NCBI GenBank assembly: GCA_963737905.1
Contig: CAVTUQ010000013.1
Location: 32,001 to 96,000 of the forward strand
DNA length: 64,000 nucleotides
Direction of reading: 5' to 3'
Source: an uncultured delta proteobacterium
Lineage (GTDB): Bacteria > Desulfobacterota > Binatia > UBA9968
Position numbers and translations under genes: made by a program
Part shown: piece by piece, positions 9,415-18,980 of the stretch
Position numbering within the stretch: the first letter of the stretch is position 1
Layout of the letters: every line of letters starts with the position of its first letter
The notes under the pieces: generated by a model
What the model was told of the DNA's origin: nothing
Databases searched by the model: none
Seen by the model: the letters and a program-made list of their open reading frames with translations, nothing else

Positions 9415-10122
9415 CTAGACTGCTTTTGACATCGCATGAGCCATCCCGCCAAAATAGGCGCGATGGAGATCCATCGACTCCTTGGCGGTATCGAGAACGT
9501 CTTGTTCTCTACCGGGAGCGACATATCTCTCGAGCACGTCAATAAACATGTCCGAATGTTTCACATCGGCCTTGCTATGCGCCGTAAAATTCGGCATCTG
9601 TTCGTCACGAAAGTTAAGATCCCGGCTCCAGATTTTGTAAAGCCGGGTGCAATTGCCGCCGCCAAGGTCGCCCAATAGCCGGTCGTCGTTGGTCCATTCC
9701 GCAATGGTCGAAGCGGCGATCGCCTCCTGCCACGGCCGATTGCGCGCGATCCAGAACCAACCGTAGATCGCCGCCTTGGTGGTCGGCAGCGGCTCGGCGT
9801 TCAGAACCTCATCTACGCTCAGCCCCAGCTCCTTCCCCTGGCGAAAAATAAGATCCAGATGGCCGGCCTTGGAGTGCTCATCTTCGACCAACTCTTCGTG
9901 CTCATGTTCCATGATGCGTTGTTTGACGTCGAACTCGGGACAATTCGCCGCCACCTGCGGCCAAAAATTTCTCCTTTGACGCACGTAAATGCCCAACTGC
10001 AACAGATAAATCCGCGCCCGCTCCGTGGTCATTTCAATCGAGTAGAAATGTTGCATTTCCGGCGATAGAAACAGGTCCCTTACGCAATCTCCCAATCTTT
10101 GCCGCCATTCCTGCGGTTTCAT
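9415..10122 (-). CDS. Heme-oxygenase-like diiron enzyme (CADD/PqqC-like)
   Basis: EHEE...GH...E...HSKADVKH ligand pattern typical of CADD-type HDOs. Confidence 0.75.
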   Translation of the reverse strand: MKPQEWRQRLGDCVRDLFLSPEMQHFYSIEMTTERARIYLLQLGIYVRQRRNFWPQVAANCPEFDVKQRIMEHEHEELVEDEHSKAGHLDLIFRQGKELGLSVDEVLNAEPLPTTKAAIYGWFWIARNRPWQEAIAASTIAEWTNDDRLLGDLGGGNCTRLYKIWSRDLNFRDEQMPNFTAHSKADVKHSDMFIDVLERYVAPGREQDVLDTAKESMDLHRAYFGGMAHAMSKAV

Positions 10123-10371
10123 TAACTTACCTCCCCGATTCTCGGCGTCACCATAATGACGTAATCAAAAATTCTCACGCCTTACTATCTTAATTACTTT
10201 GCGTTGTACAAATAAATTGTCTTCATTTAGCAGTAGCCGATCCCTCAAACCGTTGTCAAGGAGGGTTTGAAGCCGTCGGCTTGGGGAAAAGTATTGTCGA
10301 GTATTCAGCGAAAGCGGCGGATCAAGCTCGTCTCGACTCCCCCCGGAACTAATTAATTTTGCATAGCATAC

Positions 10372-10435
10372 ACCTTTAGTCTTGACTAGAGTCGCACTTA
10401 AAAGTAAAAGACCCACTAGAGTTAGGTCTAAAGTC
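10372..10435. promoter_or_regulatory. Four GACTARAGTC-like boxes (two pairs)
   Basis: Boxes at 10372 (inverted), 10384, 10414 and 10426; 12-bp spacing within pairs, 42 bp between pairs. Confidence 0.45.
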
Positions 10436-10441
10436 GTATAT

Positions 10442-11947
10442 ATGGAGAAGACTTTCCAGCGACGAACCTGGTTTGCAACTGTCGGCATCCAGCTTGGTAA
10501 AATGAGCCGGCCTCAACTCATTTACACAGGGCTGCTCCTGGGCCTCCTTTGCCCTTTAATTTGGGGCGGCTGTAGCCTCCAACAGCCGCCCCAAGAGCAG
10601 CAAATTGGGAACCTGGGTTACTTCGAGTTTCGGGCTCCCGACAATCGCATGAAAGGTGTCATCGTCGGAGCGGCCCGCGGAGTTACCGAACCCGGCTCGG
10701 CAGAATACGCAAGATTGATCAGCAAACGAACCGGCGCCGGTTTTCTCATCGCTTCCGGATTCGCGTCAAAGCGACTGGCGGTTACGCAGCCGCTGGTGCG
10801 CGTGTCTGCGCTGGTGTCTAACGATCCTCTCGACCGAGGAAGTATCTACCGAGAGTTCAAAACTCTACTTCGACAAACCGCCGACGGCAATGTCAAATTA
10901 TATATCGGAGTGCGTTCCGCTGCGCAGGCAGACGCCGTGGATCGAATCGAGGTCGCCACCAGTGGCTTCACGTTTGAGCAACTCGCAATCTTAAAGGAGT
11001 CTTTTACTCGCATCAGAGATGAGGCATTGTCCGGCAGTTCGATACCAAAAATCGCCATCGCCGTGGAACCGTTGGAGAAAATCTCTTGGCGTGTTTCGGG
11101 AGTGAAACATCACGGCGTGCTTATGTTTGCGGAGCGGGGGCTCAATCTTCGCCTTCCTGAAAGCTTGTCCGCAGCGGCGGCCGAATCTTCTTATGTGAAA
11201 ATCCTTTCGGCTTGGATCGCCGAAATTCTCACGCTCCTCGAAGACGATGCTTCCCAACGTGATATCGGCGTCAAGCTGATGGATTACGGCAGAATTGAAT
11301 CCATCCCGTCCAGGAAGCACCAAAATGGCGTTGTCATCGCCGCGCCGCATGGGACTTTTGACGAGCACACGGCCGAACTGGTGAACCAGGTGAGCTATCG
11401 AACGGGCCTCGCAGCTGTTATCGCGCTCGGGTTTACTCCCACCGAGTGCGCAGGATGGCGTATCAACGTCAATCGCCCCACTGAGCGGCTCTATCCCTCG
11501 GATAATATCGAAATCCGTTCCCAGCGGGCGCAAGAAGTCTATCACGCCTTCAAACAAAGTGTCTTGGAAGCTTCACGTGGCAGCCTAAACTTATACGTCG
11601 ACATCCACCAGAACGGTCGGCAAAACAACATTGAAGTCGCAACCATGGGAATTTCCAGGGAAGAAGCCCAGTTCATCAAAAAGATCTATCGCGAAGCCCG
11701 GGATCGGCTCCTCAAGCTTGCGCCGGGAGTAACATCCGTAGATCTGATGATCGAACCCGTCGACAATATCGAAATTGGTGCCTGGGCCGCCAAAGCTCAA
11801 GGTATCTTGGGTTTAGCGCAAAAAAGTCTCCACTTTGAATTTCCTCTTTATAATACGTTGGGATCATCCAAAGCTCGCGAAAGCTATACGGAGATAGTCG
11901 GAGTTGTCTTGGACCAGATCGTTCCAACCTTGCTCGGTGAGAAATAG
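10442..11947 (+). CDS. Exported/lipoprotein with two tandem Zn-hydrolase-like domains (N-formylglutamate amidohydrolase/PghP-like fold); start uncertain
   Basis: Hydrophobic stretch ending WGGC; internal duplication; domain 2 carries AAPHG..D, VDIH and LHFE. Confidence 0.65.
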   Translation: MEKTFQRRTWFATVGIQLGKMSRPQLIYTGLLLGLLCPLIWGGCSLQQPPQEQQIGNLGYFEFRAPDNRMKGVIVGAARGVTEPGSAEYARLISKRTGAGFLIASGFASKRLAVTQPLVRVSALVSNDPLDRGSIYREFKTLLRQTADGNVKLYIGVRSAAQADAVDRIEVATSGFTFEQLAILKESFTRIRDEALSGSSIPKIAIAVEPLEKISWRVSGVKHHGVLMFAERGLNLRLPESLSAAAAESSYVKILSAWIAEILTLLEDDASQRDIGVKLMDYGRIESIPSRKHQNGVVIAAPHGTFDEHTAELVNQVSYRTGLAAVIALGFTPTECAGWRINVNRPTERLYPSDNIEIRSQRAQEVYHAFKQSVLEASRGSLNLYVDIHQNGRQNNIEVATMGISREEAQFIKKIYREARDRLLKLAPGVTSVDLMIEPVDNIEIGAWAAKAQGILGLAQKSLHFEFPLYNTLGSSKARESYTEIVGVVLDQIVPTLLGEK

Positions 11948-12071
11948 CCATGGAGGCGGTCGCGGCGTCAGGGTCAAGGACAACTATAGGAGTTAACTAA
12001 AACATCGACTTGGCATTGCGGCAGCTGGCAGCAACAGAGACCTGAATCGCGTGGTTCTTGGGATTTTGCTT

Positions 12072-13433
12072 ATGCCCAGAGTCCTTGTTATCGAAACGAG
12101 CGATGCGGCGCGGACATTAATTGAAAGCCGATTTGACGGTCGTCTATCCATCGAATCCACGACTACCGTAAAAGCAGGCTTAGACACCCACCAACGAAAT
12201 CCATTCCAGCTAGTCGTCTGGGACACAGTCTCCAGCCCGTCCGAGTGTGTTAATCCTGTTCAGACCCTAAAGAAATTTCTCAAGTGCCATCTTGATACCA
12301 GAATGATCATCCTTTCTGATATCACGGAGCCCAAGACCGTTAGTGTGTGCAGTCTTCCATGCGAATGGCTCCAGCAACCGGTAGATGAGACGGAATTTTT
12401 GGCGCTTGTCGAAGCGGCGCTTCACCGCAACTGTATAGCCGATGGAAGTCGATCCGCGAACATGGAATCGCCCGTCTCGACAAAGTTTGAAGGCATATTG
12501 GCCATTACGCTTACCATGCGACCGGTGCTTCAGCACATCATGAAAGCCGCCGCCGAAGATATTCCTCTCTTGATCAGCGGAGAAACGGGTACGGGCAAGG
12601 ATCTGGTGGCCGCCGCGATCCACAAAAGAAGCAGGCGGAAGCACTTTCCTTACGTGCCCGTCAACATGGGTGCGATTGCGTCTGAGCTTATCGCCAGTGA
12701 GCTGTTTGGCCACGAGAGAGGCGCCTATACAGGCGCCTCCGAATCACGCCCGGGATTGTTTGAACAGGCGCAAGGTGGAACGATCTTGCTCGATGAGATC
12801 ACGACTATTGATGAGAAAACCCAAGTTAGCCTGCTGCGGGTTTTGGAAACCAAAACCGTGCGCCGCGTGGGTGGAGAAAAGGACTTACACGTTGATGTAC
12901 GGGTCATTGCCGCGACGAATGAAAACATCGAGCAAGCAGTCGAGGCCGGGCGCTTTCGAGAGGACCTCTATTATCGCCTCGACGTCTTTCGCATCCACCT
13001 GCCACCGCTACGCGAACGTCAGGGCGCTATCTCGTTACTCACGGATCATTTCGTGGCCCGCTTTGCGGAATCGTATAAGAGAAATATCCGGTTAGTTTCC
13101 CGCGAGACCTACCGATTGATGCGACGCTATCCTTGGCCCGGCAACGTAAGAGAATTAAAGAACGTCATTCAGCGCGCGGTTTTGTTAGCGAAAGGCACCG
13201 AGCTTACACCCGACCTTCTTCCGCAACGTCTAAAGGATGTTGATGACTGTGGGGCCACAAAGTCCACCAAGCAATCCCCTATTCGTCTAGGAATGAGCCT
13301 TGGGGAGGTGGAAAAAGAATATCTTAAGATGACCCTTGCCCATATCAACGGAAACAAGATGAAAGCCGCCTCGATTTTGGGCATCAGCCGCCGTGCGCTG
13401 TATAACAAACTGAAGAGATTCGAAATCCTGTAG
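12072..13433 (+). CDS. Sigma54 enhancer-binding protein with degenerate receiver (EBP1)
   Basis: [43 protein letters not shown], Fis-type HTH. Confidence 0.93.
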   Translation: MPRVLVIETSDAARTLIESRFDGRLSIESTTTVKAGLDTHQRNPFQLVVWDTVSSPSECVNPVQTLKKFLKCHLDTRMIILSDITEPKTVSVCSLPCEWLQQPVDETEFLALVEAALHRNCIADGSRSANMESPVSTKFEGILAITLTMRPVLQHIMKAAAEDIPLLISGETGTGKDLVAAAIHKRSRRKHFPYVPVNMGAIASELIASELFGHERGAYTGASESRPGLFEQAQGGTILLDEITTIDEKTQVSLLRVLETKTVRRVGGEKDLHVDVRVIAATNENIEQAVEAGRFREDLYYRLDVFRIHLPPLRERQGAISLLTDHFVARFAESYKRNIRLVSRETYRLMRRYPWPGNVRELKNVIQRAVLLAKGTELTPDLLPQRLKDVDDCGATKSTKQSPIRLGMSLGEVEKEYLKMTLAHINGNKMKAASILGISRRALYNKLKRFEIL

Positions 13434-13801
13434 CATGTAAAATTTGCCGATGAGCTGCGAGTTTTTCTTCTCGGTAATAGTGCGTCGGCAACTAAACCGA
13501 CAGGAATCTTGATATATCTGCACGCTGAATTTCCAGTATATCGTGTTTAATCCAAAAGCCACAGATGCATAGTCAGAAGATCTGAAAGCGCCTATTCGGG
13601 GCCCGACCCTACATCCTCGGCTGTTGATGACCCCGGTCTCGCCCTACGGGTCCCACCCGTATCGCCCTAGAGTGCGGTGAAGTGCAGCTTGTGTATGTAT
13701 GCTGGCGCAAAAGAAACGGCGGCAGCAAGGCTCTTGCAGAGGCGCCGAGACTCGTACTAAGTTCCGCCTGCGAGATTCGACGCGCCGGGGGGCCAGACAA
13801 G

Positions 13802-15160
13802 ATGACCCAAATCCTCGTCATAGAAAAGCGCGGAGAGATCCGGAGAATGGTCGAGAGTCGCTTTGGCGCTCGACTGGTGGTTGAGTCTGCTCCGACTTTC
13901 ACAACCGCTCGCGAACGCATCGCCCTCGAGCCTTTCGAGATCATTATTTGGGAATTAAGGAGTCCAACGGCGAATGCCAAATTTGCCGAACGTTTTCAGA
14001 AGCTTTCCCGGGAATACCCAACGACCAAACTGGTGGTCGTTTCCGATCAAGACGAACCGGACTTCACCTCGCGTGCAAATATGGGGTGTGAATGGGTTCG
14101 TCAGCCGTTTACCGAGGGCGAACTAGTCGCCGCCATCGAAATATCCCTTGGGCCCAAGATACCACCGCATCAGAGGTTCTCGCCGGGTACGGAAATTGAA
14201 ATACCGATCGAGTTCGATGGGATTCTGGCCGTCAGTCTTGCGATGCGATCCGTGCTTCAACAGGTCACCGAAGCGGCTGCCGAAGATATTCCCGTTTTGA
14301 TCACGGGTGAGACCGGCACCGGGAAGGATCTCGTGGCTGCCGCTATTCACAAGAGAAGCAAACGAAAAAACTCGCCCTTTCTAGCGGTCAATATGGGAGC
14401 CATTGCCTCAGAGCTCGTCGCCAGTGAGCTGTTCGGCCATGAGAAGGGAGCCTTCACCGGAGCCACCGAGGCGCGCGCCGGTTTCTTTGAGCAGGCTCAA
14501 GGTGGAACGATTTTCCTTGATGAGATCACGACGATGGATGAGAAAACCCAGGTCAGCCTGCTGCGAGTTTTGGAAGCGCACACCATTCGTCGAGTGCGGG
14601 GCGAGAGAGATATAAAGGTCAATGTGCGGGTGCTGGCGGCAACAAACCAAGATGTCGAGCAATCGGTAAAAGAACAGCGTTTTCGTGAGGATCTCTATTA
14701 TCGCCTCGATGTCTTTCGCATTCACATTCCGCCGCTGCGGGACCGGCGTGGGGGTGTTTCGTTGTTAACGGATCATTTTGTCTCCCGCTTCGATGACCTT
14801 TATAAGAAGGACGTCCGCGTTGTATCGCCTCATACTTATCGTTTGCTGAGGCGTTATCCCTGGCCTGGCAACGTTCGCGAGCTGAAGAATGTGATTCAGC
14901 GCGCCGTGTTGTTGGCAAAAAGCGCCGAGCTAACTCCCGATCTGCTTCCACCGCGGATTCGAGAGGCTGACGCCTCGAGTACGGCGGAGGCTTCAAGCCA
15001 GACCCCGATTCAAGTAGGAATGCCGCTCGCAGAGATCGAAAAGGAATTCATAAAAATGACCCTCGCGTCAGTAAGCGGCAACAAGATGAAAGCTGCTTCG
15101 ACACTCGGTATTAGCCGACGCGCATTATACAACAAGTTAAAAAGATACGGTCTGCTTTGA
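13802..15160 (+). CDS. Sigma54 enhancer-binding protein with degenerate receiver (EBP2)
   Basis: [19 protein letters not shown], Fis HTH; Glu at the receiver phospho-Asp position (IIIWE); paralog of EBP1. Confidence 0.93.
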   Translation: MTQILVIEKRGEIRRMVESRFGARLVVESAPTFTTARERIALEPFEIIIWELRSPTANAKFAERFQKLSREYPTTKLVVVSDQDEPDFTSRANMGCEWVRQPFTEGELVAAIEISLGPKIPPHQRFSPGTEIEIPIEFDGILAVSLAMRSVLQQVTEAAAEDIPVLITGETGTGKDLVAAAIHKRSKRKNSPFLAVNMGAIASELVASELFGHEKGAFTGATEARAGFFEQAQGGTIFLDEITTMDEKTQVSLLRVLEAHTIRRVRGERDIKVNVRVLAATNQDVEQSVKEQRFREDLYYRLDVFRIHIPPLRDRRGGVSLLTDHFVSRFDDLYKKDVRVVSPHTYRLLRRYPWPGNVRELKNVIQRAVLLAKSAELTPDLLPPRIREADASSTAEASSQTPIQVGMPLAEIEKEFIKMTLASVSGNKMKAASTLGISRRALYNKLKRYGLL

Positions 15161-15394
15161 CTTTGATGTGAACAAAATGCACACCCGATTCGATTGATCA
15201 TCACGTCCGGGCCTTAACTTCAAACACAAATTTATTACGACCTTATCTTCGCTGCCTACATTCTTCACACAAGAGTAAGGGACGCCGCGAATTCTGCATC
15301 CGATGCTGCACAACTACAGAATAATGTGAGTTACGAGCGGCGAGCTTACCGCCTACAAGAACATAGCTCTCCGTTTTTACAAAACAATTTAACT

Positions 15395-15410
15395 TTGGCC
15401 TCGCTATTGC
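15395..15410 (+). promoter_or_regulatory. Sigma54 promoter TTGGCCTCGCTATTGC
   Basis: TGGC-N7-TTGC; identical copy at 36331-36346 (-) before the paralogous gene. Confidence 0.8.
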
Positions 15411-15425
15411 CCTGTGTCACAGGAC

Positions 15426-15926
15426 ATGGCGAAACAGATCAACAAGCTTACTTTCAACAGAGCGTCGTCGTTCTCATTCGAGCCGGATATTCTCGCTCCG
15501 CAACAGTACCTCAAGAATTACCGGCGCACTAGCCCCGCGGAACCCGAAAAGGCGCTCATGCTCGCTGTCCTCGCGGAAGCCGTAGATACTTATCAAAGAT
15601 TCGCGCTATCCGACTCGTTCCGCGCACAAGCGCTTTTTCGTGAAGTGGAAGCCTGGTTTTGGGGCGAAGAGCCCGATTCTCTTTTCTCGTTTCCGAGCAT
15701 TTGCGAGGTATTCGGCCTCGATCCGGGATTTTTGAGACGCGGGTTAATGCAATGGACAGCAAATCGACAGCGAAACACGTCACCGCGGAAAAAATTTCAA
15801 CTACATATGGAGAGAGGTCGTGCTCGCAAGCCTTTAAACACCATTGGAACGAAACCAGCTTCAAACCATTCGGGTAAGGACCGGCGCTGGGATCGTCTGG
15901 TATCGCCGGGTCTGAGTAGCGGATGA
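15426..15926 (+). CDS. Uncharacterised protein with HTH-like C-terminal segment and basic tail (copy 1)
   Basis: EPEKALMLAVL...FREVEAWFW...FSFPSICEVFGLDPGFLRRGL; close paralog at 35866-36315. Confidence 0.85.
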   Translation: MAKQINKLTFNRASSFSFEPDILAPQQYLKNYRRTSPAEPEKALMLAVLAEAVDTYQRFALSDSFRAQALFREVEAWFWGEEPDSLFSFPSICEVFGLDPGFLRRGLMQWTANRQRNTSPRKKFQLHMERGRARKPLNTIGTKPASNHSGKDRRWDRLVSPGLSSG

Positions 15927-15962
15927 AACACGCGGGAGTCATAGCAGGAGGGGCACGGAACT

Positions 15963-16373
15963 ATGCGTGCACAAAACCCGGAACCAAAGAAAATCTTGTT
16001 GGTTTGTTCGCCGGACTGCAACCGCGTGGAGCAACACCTTCTTCATGCCGGTTATTGGGTGACCAAAGTGGGTGAAGGAGCCGCGGCCATAGAACGCGCG
16101 AAGCACGAGCTACTCAATGCCGCTGTGCTCATTTCCACAGGTAAGGAGATGGATTTAGCGGAGACGGTGTTGAATTTGAGGGACGTCAATCCCGCGGTTG
16201 AAATCATCATCATTGCCAATTTGGACAATGCTGAAGAAAAAGCTGCGCAAACGGCTGCCATCGTTCAGGCTCTGCCGGAAACGACCGTTCTGACAGTCAG
16301 GGAGCTCGATCGTTATTTGGCAGCGCCCGCATGGAAAAGGGAAGCCGGCTCGTTAGAGCGACCGCTAATCTAA
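15963..16373 (+). CDS. Stand-alone atypical receiver-like protein (copy 1)
   Basis: KILLV...AAVLISTGKEMDLAETVLNLRDVNPAVEIIII has receiver topology without the phospho-Asp; paralog at 37991. Confidence 0.75.
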   Translation: MRAQNPEPKKILLVCSPDCNRVEQHLLHAGYWVTKVGEGAAAIERAKHELLNAAVLISTGKEMDLAETVLNLRDVNPAVEIIIIANLDNAEEKAAQTAAIVQALPETTVLTVRELDRYLAAPAWKREAGSLERPLI

Positions 16374-16467
16374 AAGTAACGAGGCAAGACAAAAATGACT
16401 AAAGGTTCGATCTCGGGCAAATGAAGTAAAAGAGGCTTTACTCAATTTAATCCAGACAGGAGGAACC

Positions 16468-17478
16468 ATGAAAAAATTCGCAGTGTGGATGGCGCTATTT
16501 CTGTTCAGCGGAATTTTCAGCTTCGCCGTTGACGGCGAGGCCGCAGACACGGTGAAACTGGCTTACGTCTCCGACTCCCCCGCTTCTTCAGCGGCCTACT
16601 GGGTAGCCAAAGACGCCGGGCTGTTTAAAAAGCATGGACTTGACGTGGAGATGCTCTTTATCAATGGAAGTACCCGGAGCGTTCAAAGCCTGATTGGCGG
16701 CGACCTGCAGTTTGCCGGAGCTGTCGGAACTTCCGCCATGAACGGCGCAATGGCTGGCGGGGACATCGCCATTATCGATGGACTGGTCAACACCCTCCCT
16801 TACTATTTGGTCGGTAACCCCCAGATCAAGTCACCCGAAGATCTAAAGGGGAGATCGGCCGCGACTCACATCCCTGGAACCTCAGCGGATTTTGCGTTGC
16901 GTCTGGCTTTGAAAAGATTTGGGATTCCCTACCAGAGTATCAAGGCGGTCATGGTGGGAGGTATGCCTGCGCGAATAGCGGCGGTGACGACCGGGCAATT
17001 AGATTTCGCCGTGGTCACCGAGCCCGGAAAGATCAAAGGGGAAAAGGCCGGACTCAAAATGATCTTAGACATGGCCAAACTCAACATACCCTTTCAGTTC
17101 ACTTGCACGGTAGCGACCAGACAACTGATCCGCGAAAATCCCAAAGCGGTTCAGCAAATGGCTGAAGCGATGGCCGAGGCGATTCACTACTATAAGACCC
17201 ACAAGCCGGAAACCATCAAGATTATGCAAAAGTATTCCCGCGGCCAGAGCCTCAACGTTTTAGAAGGTTCCTACGACGCATACAAGGATCTCTTTGTCGC
17301 AGATACCTATCCGGCCCTAGAAGGGCTCAAGAACACGCTGGAAATTCAGGCCTCCTGGGATCCTAAAGCGGCGCGCGCCAATGCGGAAGATTTTGTCGAT
17401 TTACGATTTGTCGATCAGCTAAAAAAATCCGGTTTCATCGACAAGCTGTATAAGGGCAACCAAATGAGCCGGAACTAA
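16468..17478 (+). CDS. ABC substrate-binding protein, NMT1/SsuA-like
   Basis: Signal peptide; AKDAGLFKKHGLDVE, IKSPEDLKG, FVDLRFVDQLKKSGFI. Confidence 0.88.
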   Translation: MKKFAVWMALFLFSGIFSFAVDGEAADTVKLAYVSDSPASSAAYWVAKDAGLFKKHGLDVEMLFINGSTRSVQSLIGGDLQFAGAVGTSAMNGAMAGGDIAIIDGLVNTLPYYLVGNPQIKSPEDLKGRSAATHIPGTSADFALRLALKRFGIPYQSIKAVMVGGMPARIAAVTTGQLDFAVVTEPGKIKGEKAGLKMILDMAKLNIPFQFTCTVATRQLIRENPKAVQQMAEAMAEAIHYYKTHKPETIKIMQKYSRGQSLNVLEGSYDAYKDLFVADTYPALEGLKNTLEIQASWDPKAARANAEDFVDLRFVDQLKKSGFIDKLYKGNQMSRN

Positions 17479-17547
17479 TAAACAGATCGTCACCGGCTGG
17501 GCGGCCCGCCAGGCGACCGCTACGGTTTGGTGGCGCAGGAGGAGATC

Positions 17548-18574
17548 ATGAACCAAACACGTAAACTGTTGCTACTGTCCCTGGCGAGCGCTTTTCTATT
17601 TTCCTGGTGCGCTGTCTCTCTCGCGCAAGCAAGAGACAATGACGAAATCATCGAAGCGGCAAAAAGCGAAGGCAACGTGTCCTTTTACACCACCATGAGC
17701 TTGTCCCAGAGTAAAAAGGTCGTCGATAAATTCCAACAGAAATATCCCTTCATTAAGCCGGAGCTGTTTCGCGGCGGCGGCGACGAGGTGTTGAATAGAA
17801 TTCTGAATGAGGCTCGCGGTGGCCTCTATGCCTGGGATGTCGTATCGACACGAGGAGATTCAGTTCTGACGTTAATGGATTCTAAACTGATCACGTCCTA
17901 TCGGTCACCTGAAAATAAATTCATTAGCGCGGATCTGGTCGACGACGAGGGCTATTGGACAGCTTATTATGTGAACCCCTATGTGCTCGGCTACAACACC
18001 AATCTAGTGAAAAAAGAGCGATGTTCCCAAAACTTACGAAGAGCCTCGACCTCAAGTGGAAAGGGAGAAAGATCTCCATCGAGGACTCAGCTTATGGTCT
18101 GCTGGAGGGGAACGAGCGCGGCATGGGGTAAAGAACAGGCGGTTGACCTAGTTTAAAGAAGCTCGCGACCAGGAACCCGTCGTCATGAGAGGGAACACAA
18201 ACCGGGTGCAACTCGCAATGGCGGGAGAATATCCTTTAATCATTGCTTACGCACCGACGATACAAAGAGAAACATCTGTAGGCCATCCGATGGATTGGGT
18301 CCCTCTTGAACCTGTGCCGGTTCAGGTCAACCCGATGATGCTTGCAGCCAACGCGCCCCATCCGAACGCGGGGAAGCTCTTCATAGATTTCCTCCTGTCT
18401 AAAGAGGGTCAGGAGATGCTCGTCGGTTTTAGGCGCATCCCTTCCAGGGAGGACATAGAACCCGACCCGCCTCGGCTCTTCAGAGGTTACAAACGGATTG
18501 TCGAGCATCCCGAAGATTATAAAAACTTCAATGAGACGATAAAGCTCTATCAAGAAATCCTCGGCATTCGCTAA
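17548..18574 (+). CDS. Extracellular solute-binding protein (Fe3+/thiamine-like class), frameshifted near 18010-18170
   Basis: AAKSEGNVSFYT, YNTNLVK, APHPNAGKLFIDFLLSKEGQ, split over two ORFs. Confidence 0.8.
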
Positions 18575-18713
18575 GGACAAAAGACAAGTGGGAGGAAAAA
18601 TAAACAGAGGCTGTTTATATGACTTCGATCGCAAAAGCTGTTTGCCAGTCAGCCACCTGTTTTCATTGACAATCGATCCAAGCGCTACGGACGCGAGAGA
18701 TCGGAGGAATACG

Positions 18714-18893
18714 ATGAAATGCGAACGTTGCTTTTACACGGACGGAAAGAACGCGGAATTTAGAGTCCGCAGCGACGTTATCGACCTTAAAGTTTGCCCC
18801 AGTTGCGCTAGCGAAGCGCGTGCGCTTGCGCTCAGCGGTCGAACCACTTCACCGAAGACTTTGGGTTGCGGACGACCGTTCAAAAGAACATGA
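18714..18893 (+). CDS. Small CxxC...CxxC zinc-ribbon-like protein (3' end may be frameshifted)
   Basis: GGAGG RBS then MKCERC...KVCPSCASEARAL. Confidence 0.6.
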   Translation: MKCERCFYTDGKNAEFRVRSDVIDLKVCPSCASEARALALSGRTTSPKTLGCGRPFKRT

Positions 18894-18980
18894 CGGACTT
18901 CAAATTTTTGTCGGATAGTTCTGACCGGAAAGAAAGAAGACAGTGCGAAAGATGAAGCGGACAACATCAACGGAGGTTCT

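Noticed and set aside
12010-12025. TTGGCATTGCGGCAGC as a sigma54 promoter of EBP1
   Set aside because: Spacing is right but the -12 element is weak; not supported enough to list.
15950-15967. GGCACG...TGC as a sigma54 promoter for the receiver gene
   Set aside because: GG-to-GC spacing is 11, not the required 10.
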